Assembly (NCBI GenBank): GCA_949292905.1 | Contig: CASFAV010000003.1 | Location: forward strand, 32,050 to 96,049 | Direction: 5' to 3' | Source: an uncultured Eubacteriales bacterium | GTDB taxonomy: Bacteria > Bacillota > Clostridia > Christensenellales > DTU072 | Length of the DNA: 64,000 nt | Shown here: positions 34,277 through 42,723 of the stretch, in pieces | Layout of the letters: each line of letters starts with the position of its first letter | Numbering within the stretch: position 1 is the stretch's first letter | The notes under the pieces: generated by a model | The model's database searches: none | The model's input: only the letters and a program-made list of their open reading frames with translations | What the model was told of the DNA's origin: nothing | Program-made: the position numbers and the translations under genes

Positions 34277-37006
34277 ATGGCCAGTACACTCAAGCGCAAG
34301 ATCAACGAAGGCCTGACCCAGGTCAAAAACACCGCGTCCTTCATCGTGACGGACGTCACCTCGCATTGGAGCAAACCGGGCAAAGACAACTTCGTTTCGT
34401 ACAAAGAAATCCTCAACTACTCAATCGGCGGCATGGGCCAAAACATGCTCATATATCTGCTCGGATATATGGCTCTCGGCGTCACGAACACTCTGTTCGC
34501 GTCGACGATCGGCATCCGCCCGATGCACTTGCAGAACATGCTCACCGTGCAGACGATCCTCAACATCGTCTTCCAGATCATCCGCGGCAAGCTTGTCGAC
34601 AACACCAATACCCGGTGGGGCAGGTTCAGACCATATCTGGCGATCATGGGCGCGCCGCTTGCGATCGTCAGTATCATCTTCATCTTTTTGCCGTTCGAAT
34701 CGATGTCGTACAGCGACAAGTACACGGCGGTGTTTGTGTTTGCGATAGCCATATCGATAGGTCAGCCGCTTTATCAGACCGCATACACCAACCTGGGCAG
34801 TGTCATCTCGCCCAGTACGGCGGAGCGCTCGAAGATCCTTGCGATCAGCTCGCTGATCTACTCTTTCGCGCCGACGATATATCAATTGTTCGTGCCGATA
34901 TTCTCCAACCTCACGGGCGGCTTTACCGACATCAGGACATACAAGTACATAGTCGTGCCCATCGGTATACTGGGCGTTTTCCTCAGTTTCTTCGCGTTTT
35001 TCGGATGCAAGGAGCGCATCGTTTCGTCCAAGCACTTCGTCAAAAAGGTCAGCATCATCGGCGGCTGCGTCGCCGTATGGCGCAACAAGTACTGGTGGTT
35101 TAGGACGATCTCGACGTGGTTCAACTTCCTCGAAGGCGCGTACCTGGTGTTGTTCGGCTGGATCTACATCTACGGCACCCAGGACATGAACGCCTACGGC
35201 ATCCTGCAGACGGTGCTGTCGATCGCGTCGGGTCTGTCGATGTTTGCGACGCCGTTCTTCCTCAAATGGCTGGGCAACAAGGGGATACTGCTGTTCCACA
35301 ATATCCTCAACATCGTGTTCATCTCTTGTATGCTCGCGTGTTATGAGATCCCGCTGCTCTACTTCCTCTTCTTGTGGATCAACACGTTCATCAACCAGCT
35401 GCAACTGGTCTACAACCCGGTGCTCAACGCCGAGGTCAAGGATTCGATCCAATGGCAGTCGGGCAAGCGCGTCGACTATATGCTCGAAGTCGCGGCGCTG
35501 ATCGGCACGCCGGTCACGATACTGTCGGGATACTTCCTGCCGTTCATCTACGAGTCGTACGGTCTCACCGTCAACTATGACGTGCTGTATGACCCGAGCG
35601 TGCGCAACAGTCTTTTCTATATGCTATGCGCGCTGTCCATCCTGGGCGCCGCGCTCAACCTCGCGCCGTACTTTTTGTACAACCTGTCCCGCGAAAAGCA
35701 CAGCATGATCGTGCTGGCGCTCAAATACCGCGCCGCCAACACCGACTACCGCACCGGCGACCTCACTCCCCACCAGGTCAAAGACCTTGTCGAGAGCTAC
35801 AACTATATGGTCGAACGCCGCGACGCGGTACAGCCCGACATCAAGGAAAAGAAGCAGGAGATGAAGGCGGCGAAGGCGGTCTACAAGTCCGCGAAAAACG
35901 AGTACGAGGCGTTGTACGAGCGCATCGAAAAGGATACGCCGCGCGGAGAGGAGGTCGTCAAGACGCAGGAGCTGCTCGATCTGGAAGAGATCTATCATCG
36001 GCAGAAACAGGCGTACAGGGACGCGCACTTCGCCTACAAGGATGCGCGCAAACTCAAACGCGACAAAGAGGCGATCGAAGAGTTCATCGTACCCGAACTG
36101 AAAAAGTGGGAGACGCCCAAAATGCAGGTCAGGCTCGCGCTGGCTCAGGCAATCACCGCGGTGGACAAAAAGGACGTGGTCGCGACCGACGTCGACTTCT
36201 CCGCCGTCGCACTGCCCGATCTGACCGATTGGACCGCAAAACTCGCCGCGCGCAAATATGCCAAAAGGCAGGCGGCGTTGATCAGACGCGGCAAGATCGA
36301 AGCGCCCGCGCAGACCGAGAACGTCCCGGCGGATGCGATAGACGCGGACATCCTCGCCTGGGCGGACAAAAAGGCGGACAGACAGCGCCGCTCGCTGCAG
36401 GCGCTGATCAAACGCACCGCTTTGCGCTATCGGATCATGCAGAAGCTGTCTAAGCTGTTCTTCCGCAACGGGCTCGAACACGACTATGAAGAAGCGTACA
36501 AGAGAGAGCTCGAAGTCCAATGCTTCACCAAAGAGGAGAAGCGCGCGCAGAACAAACGCATCCGCGCCGCGCAGTTCAAATACAACCGATTCGCCTCGGC
36601 GTACAAATTGTATATCGAGTGCGAACATGTCATTCTCGATTACAACGACCGCAACAACTTCTTCGACCACATCCTCGGCATGTACGAGGACAGCGTCGCC
36701 GAGGCAGCGCGCATAGACAGAGAGGAAGAAGAAAAGGCGCGCGCCGAAAAGGCGGCAAAGGACGCCGAGATCGCCGCGATCAAGCTGGAGCGCCGCATCC
36801 GCAAGGACGCCAAGAAGGACGCCAAGGCGCACGGCGCGACGTTTGACGAAGCGTATCTCGAACAGTTCAAAACAGACCATGCGGCCGATTATGAAGAACC
36901 GACGACGGCGGTCGACGAGATCGCGGACGCCGCCGCGGACGCCGAGCCGACAGATTCGCAGGCCGCAGACCAAGAAGACAAGGAGGGCTCCGACAATGAG
37001 GACTAA
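34277..37006 (+). CDS. GPH-family symporter fused to a ~440-aa charged coiled-coil C-terminal extension
   Basis: The ATG at 34277 follows GAGGGA; the track begins at a TTG at 34265. The N-terminal ~470 aa have 12 TM helices and 'DNTNTRWGRFRPYLAIMG'. The remainder is K/E/R/A-rich with an acidic end, 'DSQAADQEDKEGSDNED'. Confidence 0.8.
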   Translation: MASTLKRKINEGLTQVKNTASFIVTDVTSHWSKPGKDNFVSYKEILNYSIGGMGQNMLIYLLGYMALGVTNTLFASTIGIRPMHLQNMLTVQTILNIVFQIIRGKLVDNTNTRWGRFRPYLAIMGAPLAIVSIIFIFLPFESMSYSDKYTAVFVFAIAISIGQPLYQTAYTNLGSVISPSTAERSKILAISSLIYSFAPTIYQLFVPIFSNLTGGFTDIRTYKYIVVPIGILGVFLSFFAFFGCKERIVSSKHFVKKVSIIGGCVAVWRNKYWWFRTISTWFNFLEGAYLVLFGWIYIYGTQDMNAYGILQTVLSIASGLSMFATPFFLKWLGNKGILLFHNILNIVFISCMLACYEIPLLYFLFLWINTFINQLQLVYNPVLNAEVKDSIQWQSGKRVDYMLEVAALIGTPVTILSGYFLPFIYESYGLTVNYDVLYDPSVRNSLFYMLCALSILGAALNLAPYFLYNLSREKHSMIVLALKYRAANTDYRTGDLTPHQVKDLVESYNYMVERRDAVQPDIKEKKQEMKAAKAVYKSAKNEYEALYERIEKDTPRGEEVVKTQELLDLEEIYHRQKQAYRDAHFAYKDARKLKRDKEAIEEFIVPELKKWETPKMQVRLALAQAITAVDKKDVVATDVDFSAVALPDLTDWTAKLAARKYAKRQAALIRRGKIEAPAQTENVPADAIDADILAWADKKADRQRRSLQALIKRTALRYRIMQKLSKLFFRNGLEHDYEEAYKRELEVQCFTKEEKRAQNKRIRAAQFKYNRFASAYKLYIECEHVILDYNDRNNFFDHILGMYEDSVAEAARIDREEEEKARAEKAAKDAEIAAIKLERRIRKDAKKDAKAHGATFDEAYLEQFKTDHAADYEEPTTAVDEIADAAADAEPTDSQAADQEDKEGSDNED

Positions 37007-37964
37007 GAAGACGCTTTGTTTGGTAATTACGGCGATATTCCTCCTTTGCATAGGAGCGACCGCGCTGACCGGATGCAACACCCCGTTGACCGCCCGCGAG
37101 GCGTATGACGAACTGATGGCGGCGCTCGATCTCTCCGTGTCGGGCGACATGTACGGCCCCGCCTACGACCCCGAAACGAGCGCGACCAACGGATATATCT
37201 TCTATTATAAAGAATCGGTGCGCACCGACTCGATGATCGTCAACACCAACGTCAACGTACACTGCGACCAGGACGCGGCGTACAAACTGCACGTCGACGA
37301 AGACCTGATGGTCGACCTCTATCAGGAGACCTGGAGCATCAGCAGCGTCACCGGCGGCACAGGCACGAAGATCGGCGACTTCGGCTTTATCGTAGGGCCG
37401 TATCCCGACGCCGACTCGGCGGAAGAGCGCCTGTTCTACACCGAGCGCCCGTCCGACGGAGTCAGCGCGACCGCGCCCGAATATACCGACGTCACGCTGT
37501 ATGACGATATGACGGCGGAGGACTTTGTCGCAAGCGATTTCTTCCGCGGATACAGCCTCTCTTCGCGCCTGGAAGAGTTGCGCAACATGCCGTTCGAGGC
37601 GTTTGTCTTCGACGAAGAAGTCAACGGCGACTACGGCGCGTACAGACAGATCAACCTGGTCAAACTCACCTTCGGCGTGACGGACGAATATATCGCCGAT
37701 TATGCCGAACGCACAGGAGAAAGGTCGATGTTCGAGGGCTGCACCTATGTGGAGATCGAACTCACCTTCGGCAGAGTCAGCAACATCTATGTGTACAGAA
37801 CCGAAAATCTCGGCGGCGGCTTCTTCAACCTGCCGCAGGAGATGTACAGCCTTTATATTTCCTACCTCGGGCCCAACATCTCCTTCCCCAATGCGGGCGG
37901 ATATACCGCCGATCCGGCGCTTTTGGACAGGACCGATCTCGCCTTTTCGAGAGCGACGTTCTGA
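36996..37964 (+). CDS. Lipoprotein, unknown function
   Basis: I trimmed the track ORF to the ATG at 36996, preceded by AGGAGGG. It has a signal peptide plus lipobox 'ALTGC'. It overlaps the upstream gene by 11 nt. Confidence 0.75.
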   Translation: MRTKKTLCLVITAIFLLCIGATALTGCNTPLTAREAYDELMAALDLSVSGDMYGPAYDPETSATNGYIFYYKESVRTDSMIVNTNVNVHCDQDAAYKLHVDEDLMVDLYQETWSISSVTGGTGTKIGDFGFIVGPYPDADSAEERLFYTERPSDGVSATAPEYTDVTLYDDMTAEDFVASDFFRGYSLSSRLEELRNMPFEAFVFDEEVNGDYGAYRQINLVKLTFGVTDEYIADYAERTGERSMFEGCTYVEIELTFGRVSNIYVYRTENLGGGFFNLPQEMYSLYISYLGPNISFPNAGGYTADPALLDRTDLAFSRATF

Positions 37965-37984
37965 TCGACAACAAACCTCATGAC

Positions 37985-38012
37985 AAGAGCGCGTCGAAAG
38001 ACGCGCTTTTCT
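37985..38012 (+). terminator. Intrinsic terminator
   Basis: Hairpin agcgcgtc-gaaa-gacgcgct followed by tttc-tt. Confidence 0.65.
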
Positions 38013-38018
38013 TGTATT

Positions 38019-38710
38019 ATAAAACCCCCGGATAGTCCGGGGGTACAGTAGAGCTTTAGCGGTGAGCAGAAAAAAATCCTCCATATGCCAGAATGTGAAG
38101 AGTAGTCCGCAAAACTAACACACATAAAGCAAGGAGGATTTTTACAAATGAAAGATGTAAACAGTTTATCACACACGTCTTGGAATTGCAAATATCATAT
38201 GGTGTTTGCTCCGAAGTATCGTCGGAAAGTGTTCTATGGGAGCAAAAGACGGGAAATAGGAGCAATTCTAAGACAGTTGTGTGAATGGAAGAATGTGGAA
38301 ATAATAGAGACGGAGGTGTGTCCGGATCATATACACATGCTGGTGGCAATCCCTCCCAAAATCTCTGTTGCGAGTTTCGTAGGATTTTTGAAAGGGAAAA
38401 GTTCGTTGTTAAATTATCAAAAATGGGCGAATATGAAGTATAAATATCGCAACAGAGAGTTTTGGTGCCGTGGATATTATGTAGACACGGTGGGCAAGAA
38501 TACAACGAAAATAAAAGAATATATCGCCAACCAACTGAAAGAAGATAAGTTAACGGAACAAATGACAATAACGGAACTATTGGATCCGTTCAAACAATAG
38601 AGTTGGCGAATCGCAAAAGGCGGACTATGGGTAAGCGATTTCGCTAAGCTAGTATCAGAGGGCTATGCCCTCAAATTAAAAACCACCAGCTAGGCTGGTG
38701 GATTTTTTTA
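38019..38710 (+). mobile_element. IS200-type insertion sequence (IS200/IS605 family, tnpA only)
   Basis: The element is about 690 bp. A left-end hairpin lies at 38025-38043 and a right-end hairpin at 38683-38701. It encloses a Y1 HUH transposase gene. Confidence 0.8.
38148..38600 (+). CDS. tnpA: IS200/IS605-family Y1 (HUH) transposase
   Basis: 150 aa with 'KYHMVFAPKYRRKVF', 'PDHIHMLVAIPPK' (HUH) and 'FWCRGYYVDTVG' (catalytic Tyr region). Confidence 0.9.
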   Translation: MKDVNSLSHTSWNCKYHMVFAPKYRRKVFYGSKRREIGAILRQLCEWKNVEIIETEVCPDHIHMLVAIPPKISVASFVGFLKGKSSLLNYQKWANMKYKYRNREFWCRGYYVDTVGKNTTKIKEYIANQLKEDKLTEQMTITELLDPFKQ

Positions 38711-38944
38711 CGAAAAACAACTCAAAATGCCGTATGTAAGACAAAACAAGAAGGATTTGCAATACCGCAAGTTTACGATTGTGCTTTCCGTCTGATATAC
38801 AAAAACAGCTATTCCAAATCTGGCGAGGGTTCGAATCGCAACCTCTCGGGCAGGATTTTACCGCTTTTATCCGAACCCCCGTCAAAGATATAAAAATCGC
38901 TCAAAAGCGCTTGTTTTTAAGCGAAATACCGTATTTTGGACAAG

Positions 38945-38984
38945 AAAAAATCCTAAACCGAATTTATGTGTTCGATTTAGGATT
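38945..38984 (-). terminator. Intrinsic terminator downstream of tRNA-Ser
   Basis: On the minus strand, hairpin aatcctaaa.../...tttaggatt immediately follows the CCA end and is followed by a T-run. Confidence 0.7.
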
Positions 38985-38986
38985 TG

Positions 38987-39002
38987 TTTGGCGGAGAGAG
39001 TG
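38987..39002. repeat. Proximal att-like direct repeat (overlaps tRNA 3' end)
   Basis: tttggcggagagagtg is identical to 26734-26749. Confidence 0.75.
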
Positions 39003-39083
39003 GGATTCGAACCCACGAAGCCCTTATTAGGGGCTTACACGATTTCGAGTCGTGCGCGTTCAACCGGGCTCCGCCATCTCTCC
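38989..39083 (-). tRNA. tRNA-Ser (anticodon CGA), CCA encoded
   Basis: Hand-folded. Acceptor stem GGAGAGA/TCTCTCC. Anticodon stem CACGA/TCGTG with loop CT-CGA-AA. A long variable arm (GCCC...GGGC). T arm GTGGG-TTCGAAT-CCCAC. Discriminator G plus CCA. Confidence 0.9.
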
Positions 39084-39294
39084 GTTTTGCCCGTGCTTTT
39101 CAATAATACATTATTTGTTTCCGTTTGTAAAGTTTTTTTGGCTGTGACTTTAGGCTTTTTTGTTTTATTATTTCGGTATGCGCGCGCACGCCTCATCGCG
39201 CGCGTTCGCATTATTGCGTATTGATATTTTTGCCAATCCGTGATAATATTACATATATTTGATATTATACCTAAATAAGGAGTGCAGATATTCT

Positions 39295-39861
39295 ATGAAA
39301 AAAATAATTGCCGTTGCGGGTAACGCGATCGCCCCCGACGATTCGGTAAATTTCAAGCTTGCTTTCGATACCGGCAGAGCCATCATCGATAACGGTTACC
39401 GCCTCCAGTGCGGCGGATTGAACGGCGTCATGCGCGCCGCCTGTATGGGCGCGAGATCTTCCCCCAAATATACGGAAGGCGACATAATAGGGTTGCTCCC
39501 CTCGTTTGACCCCAACACCGCCAACGAGTATGTCGACATCATCATCCCCACGGGACTCGACGTTTTCCGTAACGTGATTGTCGCAAGCGCTTCCGCAGTC
39601 ATAGGCGTAGGCGGCGGCGCGGGCAGTCTTTCCGAGATGGCGAACGCATGGGCTCTGCAACGTCTCGTAGTCGCCTACCGCACCGCGGAAGGATGGAGCT
39701 CCAAACTCGCAGATACGCGTTTGGATACCCGAATCCGCTATCCCGATATACCCGAAGACAGAGTTTACGGCGCGGATACGGCGGAGGAAGCCCTCGAAAT
39801 AATCAATAAATATATCGACCGTTACGACCGCTATCACCTTGGCATAACGCCCAACAACTGA
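39295..39861 (+). CDS. TIGR00725/LOG-like (SLOG-fold) family protein
   Basis: I trimmed the track ORF to the ATG at 39295. 'GGLNGVMRAACMGA' and 'VIGVGGGAGSLSEMANAW' resemble the lysine-decarboxylase-like/LOG Rossmann pattern. Confidence 0.6.
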   Translation: MKKIIAVAGNAIAPDDSVNFKLAFDTGRAIIDNGYRLQCGGLNGVMRAACMGARSSPKYTEGDIIGLLPSFDPNTANEYVDIIIPTGLDVFRNVIVASASAVIGVGGGAGSLSEMANAWALQRLVVAYRTAEGWSSKLADTRLDTRIRYPDIPEDRVYGADTAEEALEIINKYIDRYDRYHLGITPNN

Positions 39862-39991
39862 GGTAAGCCGAGCGCGCGTGCCGCGGCTCGAACGACGGAA
39901 GAAAATTCCTTCTATTAAAGCCTTGAAAAATGCGCGGATATAGTTTATAATAACAATATCTATGCGGAGGTTTTGCCTCAAGGGATGAACG

Positions 39992-40963
39992 ATGCGTAAC
40001 TTATCGGAACAGAAAAAGGTTGCTACACCTGCCATTGCGCTATTCTTCATGGCGATACTTTTCGCCGTGATCTTCATCGTCTTTTATCTTAACCGTTTCG
40101 ACGTGGACGCGACGATAGCGGGGTACCGTTTCTACGACTTTACCGACGAAGTGGAGAAAGTCGACGATTACGACATCGACGACGGTGACGCGATGAAATA
40201 CATTGCGCAGGGTTCGAAGGTCCTCGTCAAAGAGACGGCGGTAGCGGATCTTAAGGAAAACGACGTCATAGCGTTCTACTATAAAGACGGCGTCGAAAAC
40301 GTGATCGTCACCCAGATCTTCAAATTTTCGGAGACCGATTATAACGGCGAGACCGTATATCATACGCACGATCTCGACGACGCGACCATGCATTCGTTCA
40401 CCATCGATTCGGGTAAATTCATGGGCGTATACGTAGCTCACGTTCCGGTACTCGGCACAGTGTCGGAATATCTTGCGGCGCAAAGCTGGCTGATGTATTT
40501 TTCGCTCGTGCTTCTCGCGCTTATCATGCTCGGTACCCCGATAGTGTTCCTTATCATTCGCATTAAGTCGAGGCAGATGGGAAGTCCCTTCCCCGAAGGC
40601 GTCAATATTAATAAATTAAAGACGGAAAATCTCTATATTTACGAAAATATCCGTGAATTCATATTGAGTTCGGGCATGACGCTCGACAAAGGTTACGACT
40701 GCGACCTAATATATCTCGGTAAAATACTTTTCGGCATATTGCATTGCACCAACGGGAACATTTACGTTAATATCAACAAGAATTTCCAAAGATACGACAA
40801 CAAGATTGACCGGGCGGGATATATCTGCATACCGCATGCGGCTAATCTCGAGAACGCGAAGAAGCGTATCAACAGCATATATCGCGCATACTTTATGAAC
40901 AAGAAGCCTTATGCCGCGATGCCCGCGCGGCGCAGACCGCGTCCGGCGCAAAGGACGAAGTAA
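39992..40963 (+). CDS. Membrane protein, unknown function
   Basis: 323 aa with two TM helices flanking a beta-rich segment, and a basic proline-rich C-terminus. I recognise no catalytic motifs. Confidence 0.6.
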   Translation: MRNLSEQKKVATPAIALFFMAILFAVIFIVFYLNRFDVDATIAGYRFYDFTDEVEKVDDYDIDDGDAMKYIAQGSKVLVKETAVADLKENDVIAFYYKDGVENVIVTQIFKFSETDYNGETVYHTHDLDDATMHSFTIDSGKFMGVYVAHVPVLGTVSEYLAAQSWLMYFSLVLLALIMLGTPIVFLIIRIKSRQMGSPFPEGVNINKLKTENLYIYENIREFILSSGMTLDKGYDCDLIYLGKILFGILHCTNGNIYVNINKNFQRYDNKIDRAGYICIPHAANLENAKKRINSIYRAYFMNKKPYAAMPARRRPRPAQRTK

Positions 40964-40980
40964 TTATACACCGATACGCA

Positions 40981-41006
40981 GGCGGCGCGGAAAGCGCCGC
41001 TTTTTT
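40981..41006 (+). terminator. Intrinsic terminator
   Basis: Hairpin gcggcgc-ggaaa-gcgccgc followed by tttttt. Confidence 0.75.
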
Positions 41007-41040
41007 ATATTCCAAATATTTGCGACGGGGGTTTCGCTTA

Positions 41041-41069
41041 TTGACAGGGGCGGGGGAATATATTATAAT
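41041..41069 (+). promoter_or_regulatory. Consensus sigma-70 promoter
   Basis: TTGACA (41041-41046), a 17-nt spacer, then TATAAT (41064-41069). Confidence 0.75.
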
Positions 41070-41120
41070 TACTTTAATCGTGCGTACCGCGTACGCGCGA
41101 AATAATCGGCGGACCGGACA

Positions 41121-42680
41121 ATGAGCGAACCCGAAAACGAAAAAAAGACGGAAACCGAAGCCGAAACCGTATCCGTAAAGAACGGCGGCGGTAAAAGCGG
41201 ATCCGAGAATAAAAAGAAACGCGGCGTCGTTATCGCGATAATATGCGTGGTACTCGCGCTCATTATCGCCGGTACTGTCACTGCCGTCGTTTTGCTTACG
41301 CGCGACGAGGAAACGAATTACGCGGCGCCTACGGAATTGAAGCAATACGCTTATTACATCGATCCGTCCGACACGGTGGGATTTTATCTGGACGATTCGT
41401 TCCGCGCGGGAATACCTTTAGGCGATCTGGTAAGGACGGTTAAACTCGAAGCCAAGGGCGTAACGCTCACGGACGATCTCAGGCTGTACGTGTCGGGCGA
41501 AGCTTCGACGGGCGCGGTAGGGATATACGAGTATGCTTACAAGGGTGTTACCGTGGCGGTGATAAACGTCAAAGTGACCGGGATCGACGCTACGATAAGC
41601 GACGCGGCGGCGTTGAAAGCGATAAGCGACAACGGCACGTATGCGCTCGCCGCCGACATAGACATGACCGGCGTAACGGAAGGGATAGATTATTTCAGCG
41701 GCAATCTCTACGGCAATCATCACGAGATAAAAGGTCTGGGAATTGCCGGCGGATTATTTACGAACCTTTACGGAGCGCACGTCAGCGGCATCGAATTCAC
41801 GTCCGTCAACGTAGCTTCTGAGGTTTCCGCTTACGGCAATTACGGCGTGATAGCGGGAACGGTACGCAACTCGGACATTTCGTATTGCACCGTGGAAGGC
41901 AGCTATACGCTCAACGCCCGGTTAGGTAAAAACGATATAATCTACGTGGGCGGCGTCGCCGGATACGTTTCGTCGCTCGCGCGCAAGAACGAAGCTTTCG
42001 ACAATCTCAAGCAGATATCTTATTGCGTTACGCGGCTTGCGCTTACCGTGAACGCTACGGGCGACGTCAAGATAGGGGGTATCGCCGGGGGCGTGGTGAA
42101 TTCTTCTCTGCGCGAATGTTATAATTACGGGAGCGTGACGTTCACCGGAACGGACGCGACGGAAATGTCGGGCGTTTACTTCGGGGGGCTTGCGGGAGTG
42201 TTGACGAAGGAATACGAACAGGTCAATTCTTTCAAAGAGCTCGACGAGGGCGCGAGGCTGTATTCTTACGCCGCGCTCAAAGCTACGGTGATCGGAGATA
42301 ACGGCGGTATCGCGGTATACGCGGGAGGGATATTCGGCACGGTGGAGAATCATTCCTTGGCGAATTCGTCTTTCGGCGGATCCATTGAAGTCCGTCTCGG
42401 GAAGGTGGCTTCCTACGTGGGCGGGATAGCGGGCAACGCCGTCAACAATACCCTGCTCGTTATGCGGGTGCGCGGCGTGGGCGTGAAAGAGGGCGCCTCC
42501 GTAAGCGTATACTCGTTATACAACGCTTATGCGGGCGGGATAGCGGGGCGTTTCGCGGGAAACGTCACCTACGAAAAGATAACCGGATCTGTCATGCCCG
42601 TTATAACCACGGACAGTTCGTCGAATACGGGACTGCACGTAGCGAACGAAGGCGTGGCGCGCAACGAGAACGCCGCATAA
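41121..42680 (+). CDS. Membrane-anchored GLUG-motif repeat surface protein
   Basis: 519 aa with an N-terminal TM anchor. Repeated 'GG(I/V/L)AG' units are present (GGVAGYVSS, IGGIAGGVVNS, GGLAGVLT, GGIFGTVEN, GGIAGNAVNN, AGGIAGRFAG). Confidence 0.7.
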   Translation: MSEPENEKKTETEAETVSVKNGGGKSGSENKKKRGVVIAIICVVLALIIAGTVTAVVLLTRDEETNYAAPTELKQYAYYIDPSDTVGFYLDDSFRAGIPLGDLVRTVKLEAKGVTLTDDLRLYVSGEASTGAVGIYEYAYKGVTVAVINVKVTGIDATISDAAALKAISDNGTYALAADIDMTGVTEGIDYFSGNLYGNHHEIKGLGIAGGLFTNLYGAHVSGIEFTSVNVASEVSAYGNYGVIAGTVRNSDISYCTVEGSYTLNARLGKNDIIYVGGVAGYVSSLARKNEAFDNLKQISYCVTRLALTVNATGDVKIGGIAGGVVNSSLRECYNYGSVTFTGTDATEMSGVYFGGLAGVLTKEYEQVNSFKELDEGARLYSYAALKATVIGDNGGIAVYAGGIFGTVENHSLANSSFGGSIEVRLGKVASYVGGIAGNAVNNTLLVMRVRGVGVKEGASVSVYSLYNAYAGGIAGRFAGNVTYEKITGSVMPVITTDSSSNTGLHVANEGVARNENAA

Positions 42681-42723
42681 GGCTCGCGGCTGAATAGAGA
42701 TACAAAAATCCACGGAGGGATTT

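Larger units (their letters stand above)
26734..39002. mobile_element. tRNA-Ser-associated genomic island (~12.2 kb), integrase-less
   Basis: It is bounded by the 16-bp direct repeat. It contains the AT-rich R-M/ATPase operon, a symporter-lipoprotein pair and IS200. The displaced tRNA 3' remnant keeps its own terminator. Confidence 0.65.

Noticed and set aside
34421-38084. Minus-strand ORFs 34421..35452, 35624..37150 and 36867..38084
   Set aside because: They are antisense to the symporter-fusion and lipoprotein genes. Their composition is extremely R/D/E/V-rich with no motifs.
38811-38850. GGTTCGAATC motif suggesting a second tRNA or tRNA fragment
   Set aside because: The flanking bases cannot form a T-stem (cgagg/tcgca do not pair), and no acceptor or anticodon arm can be drawn.
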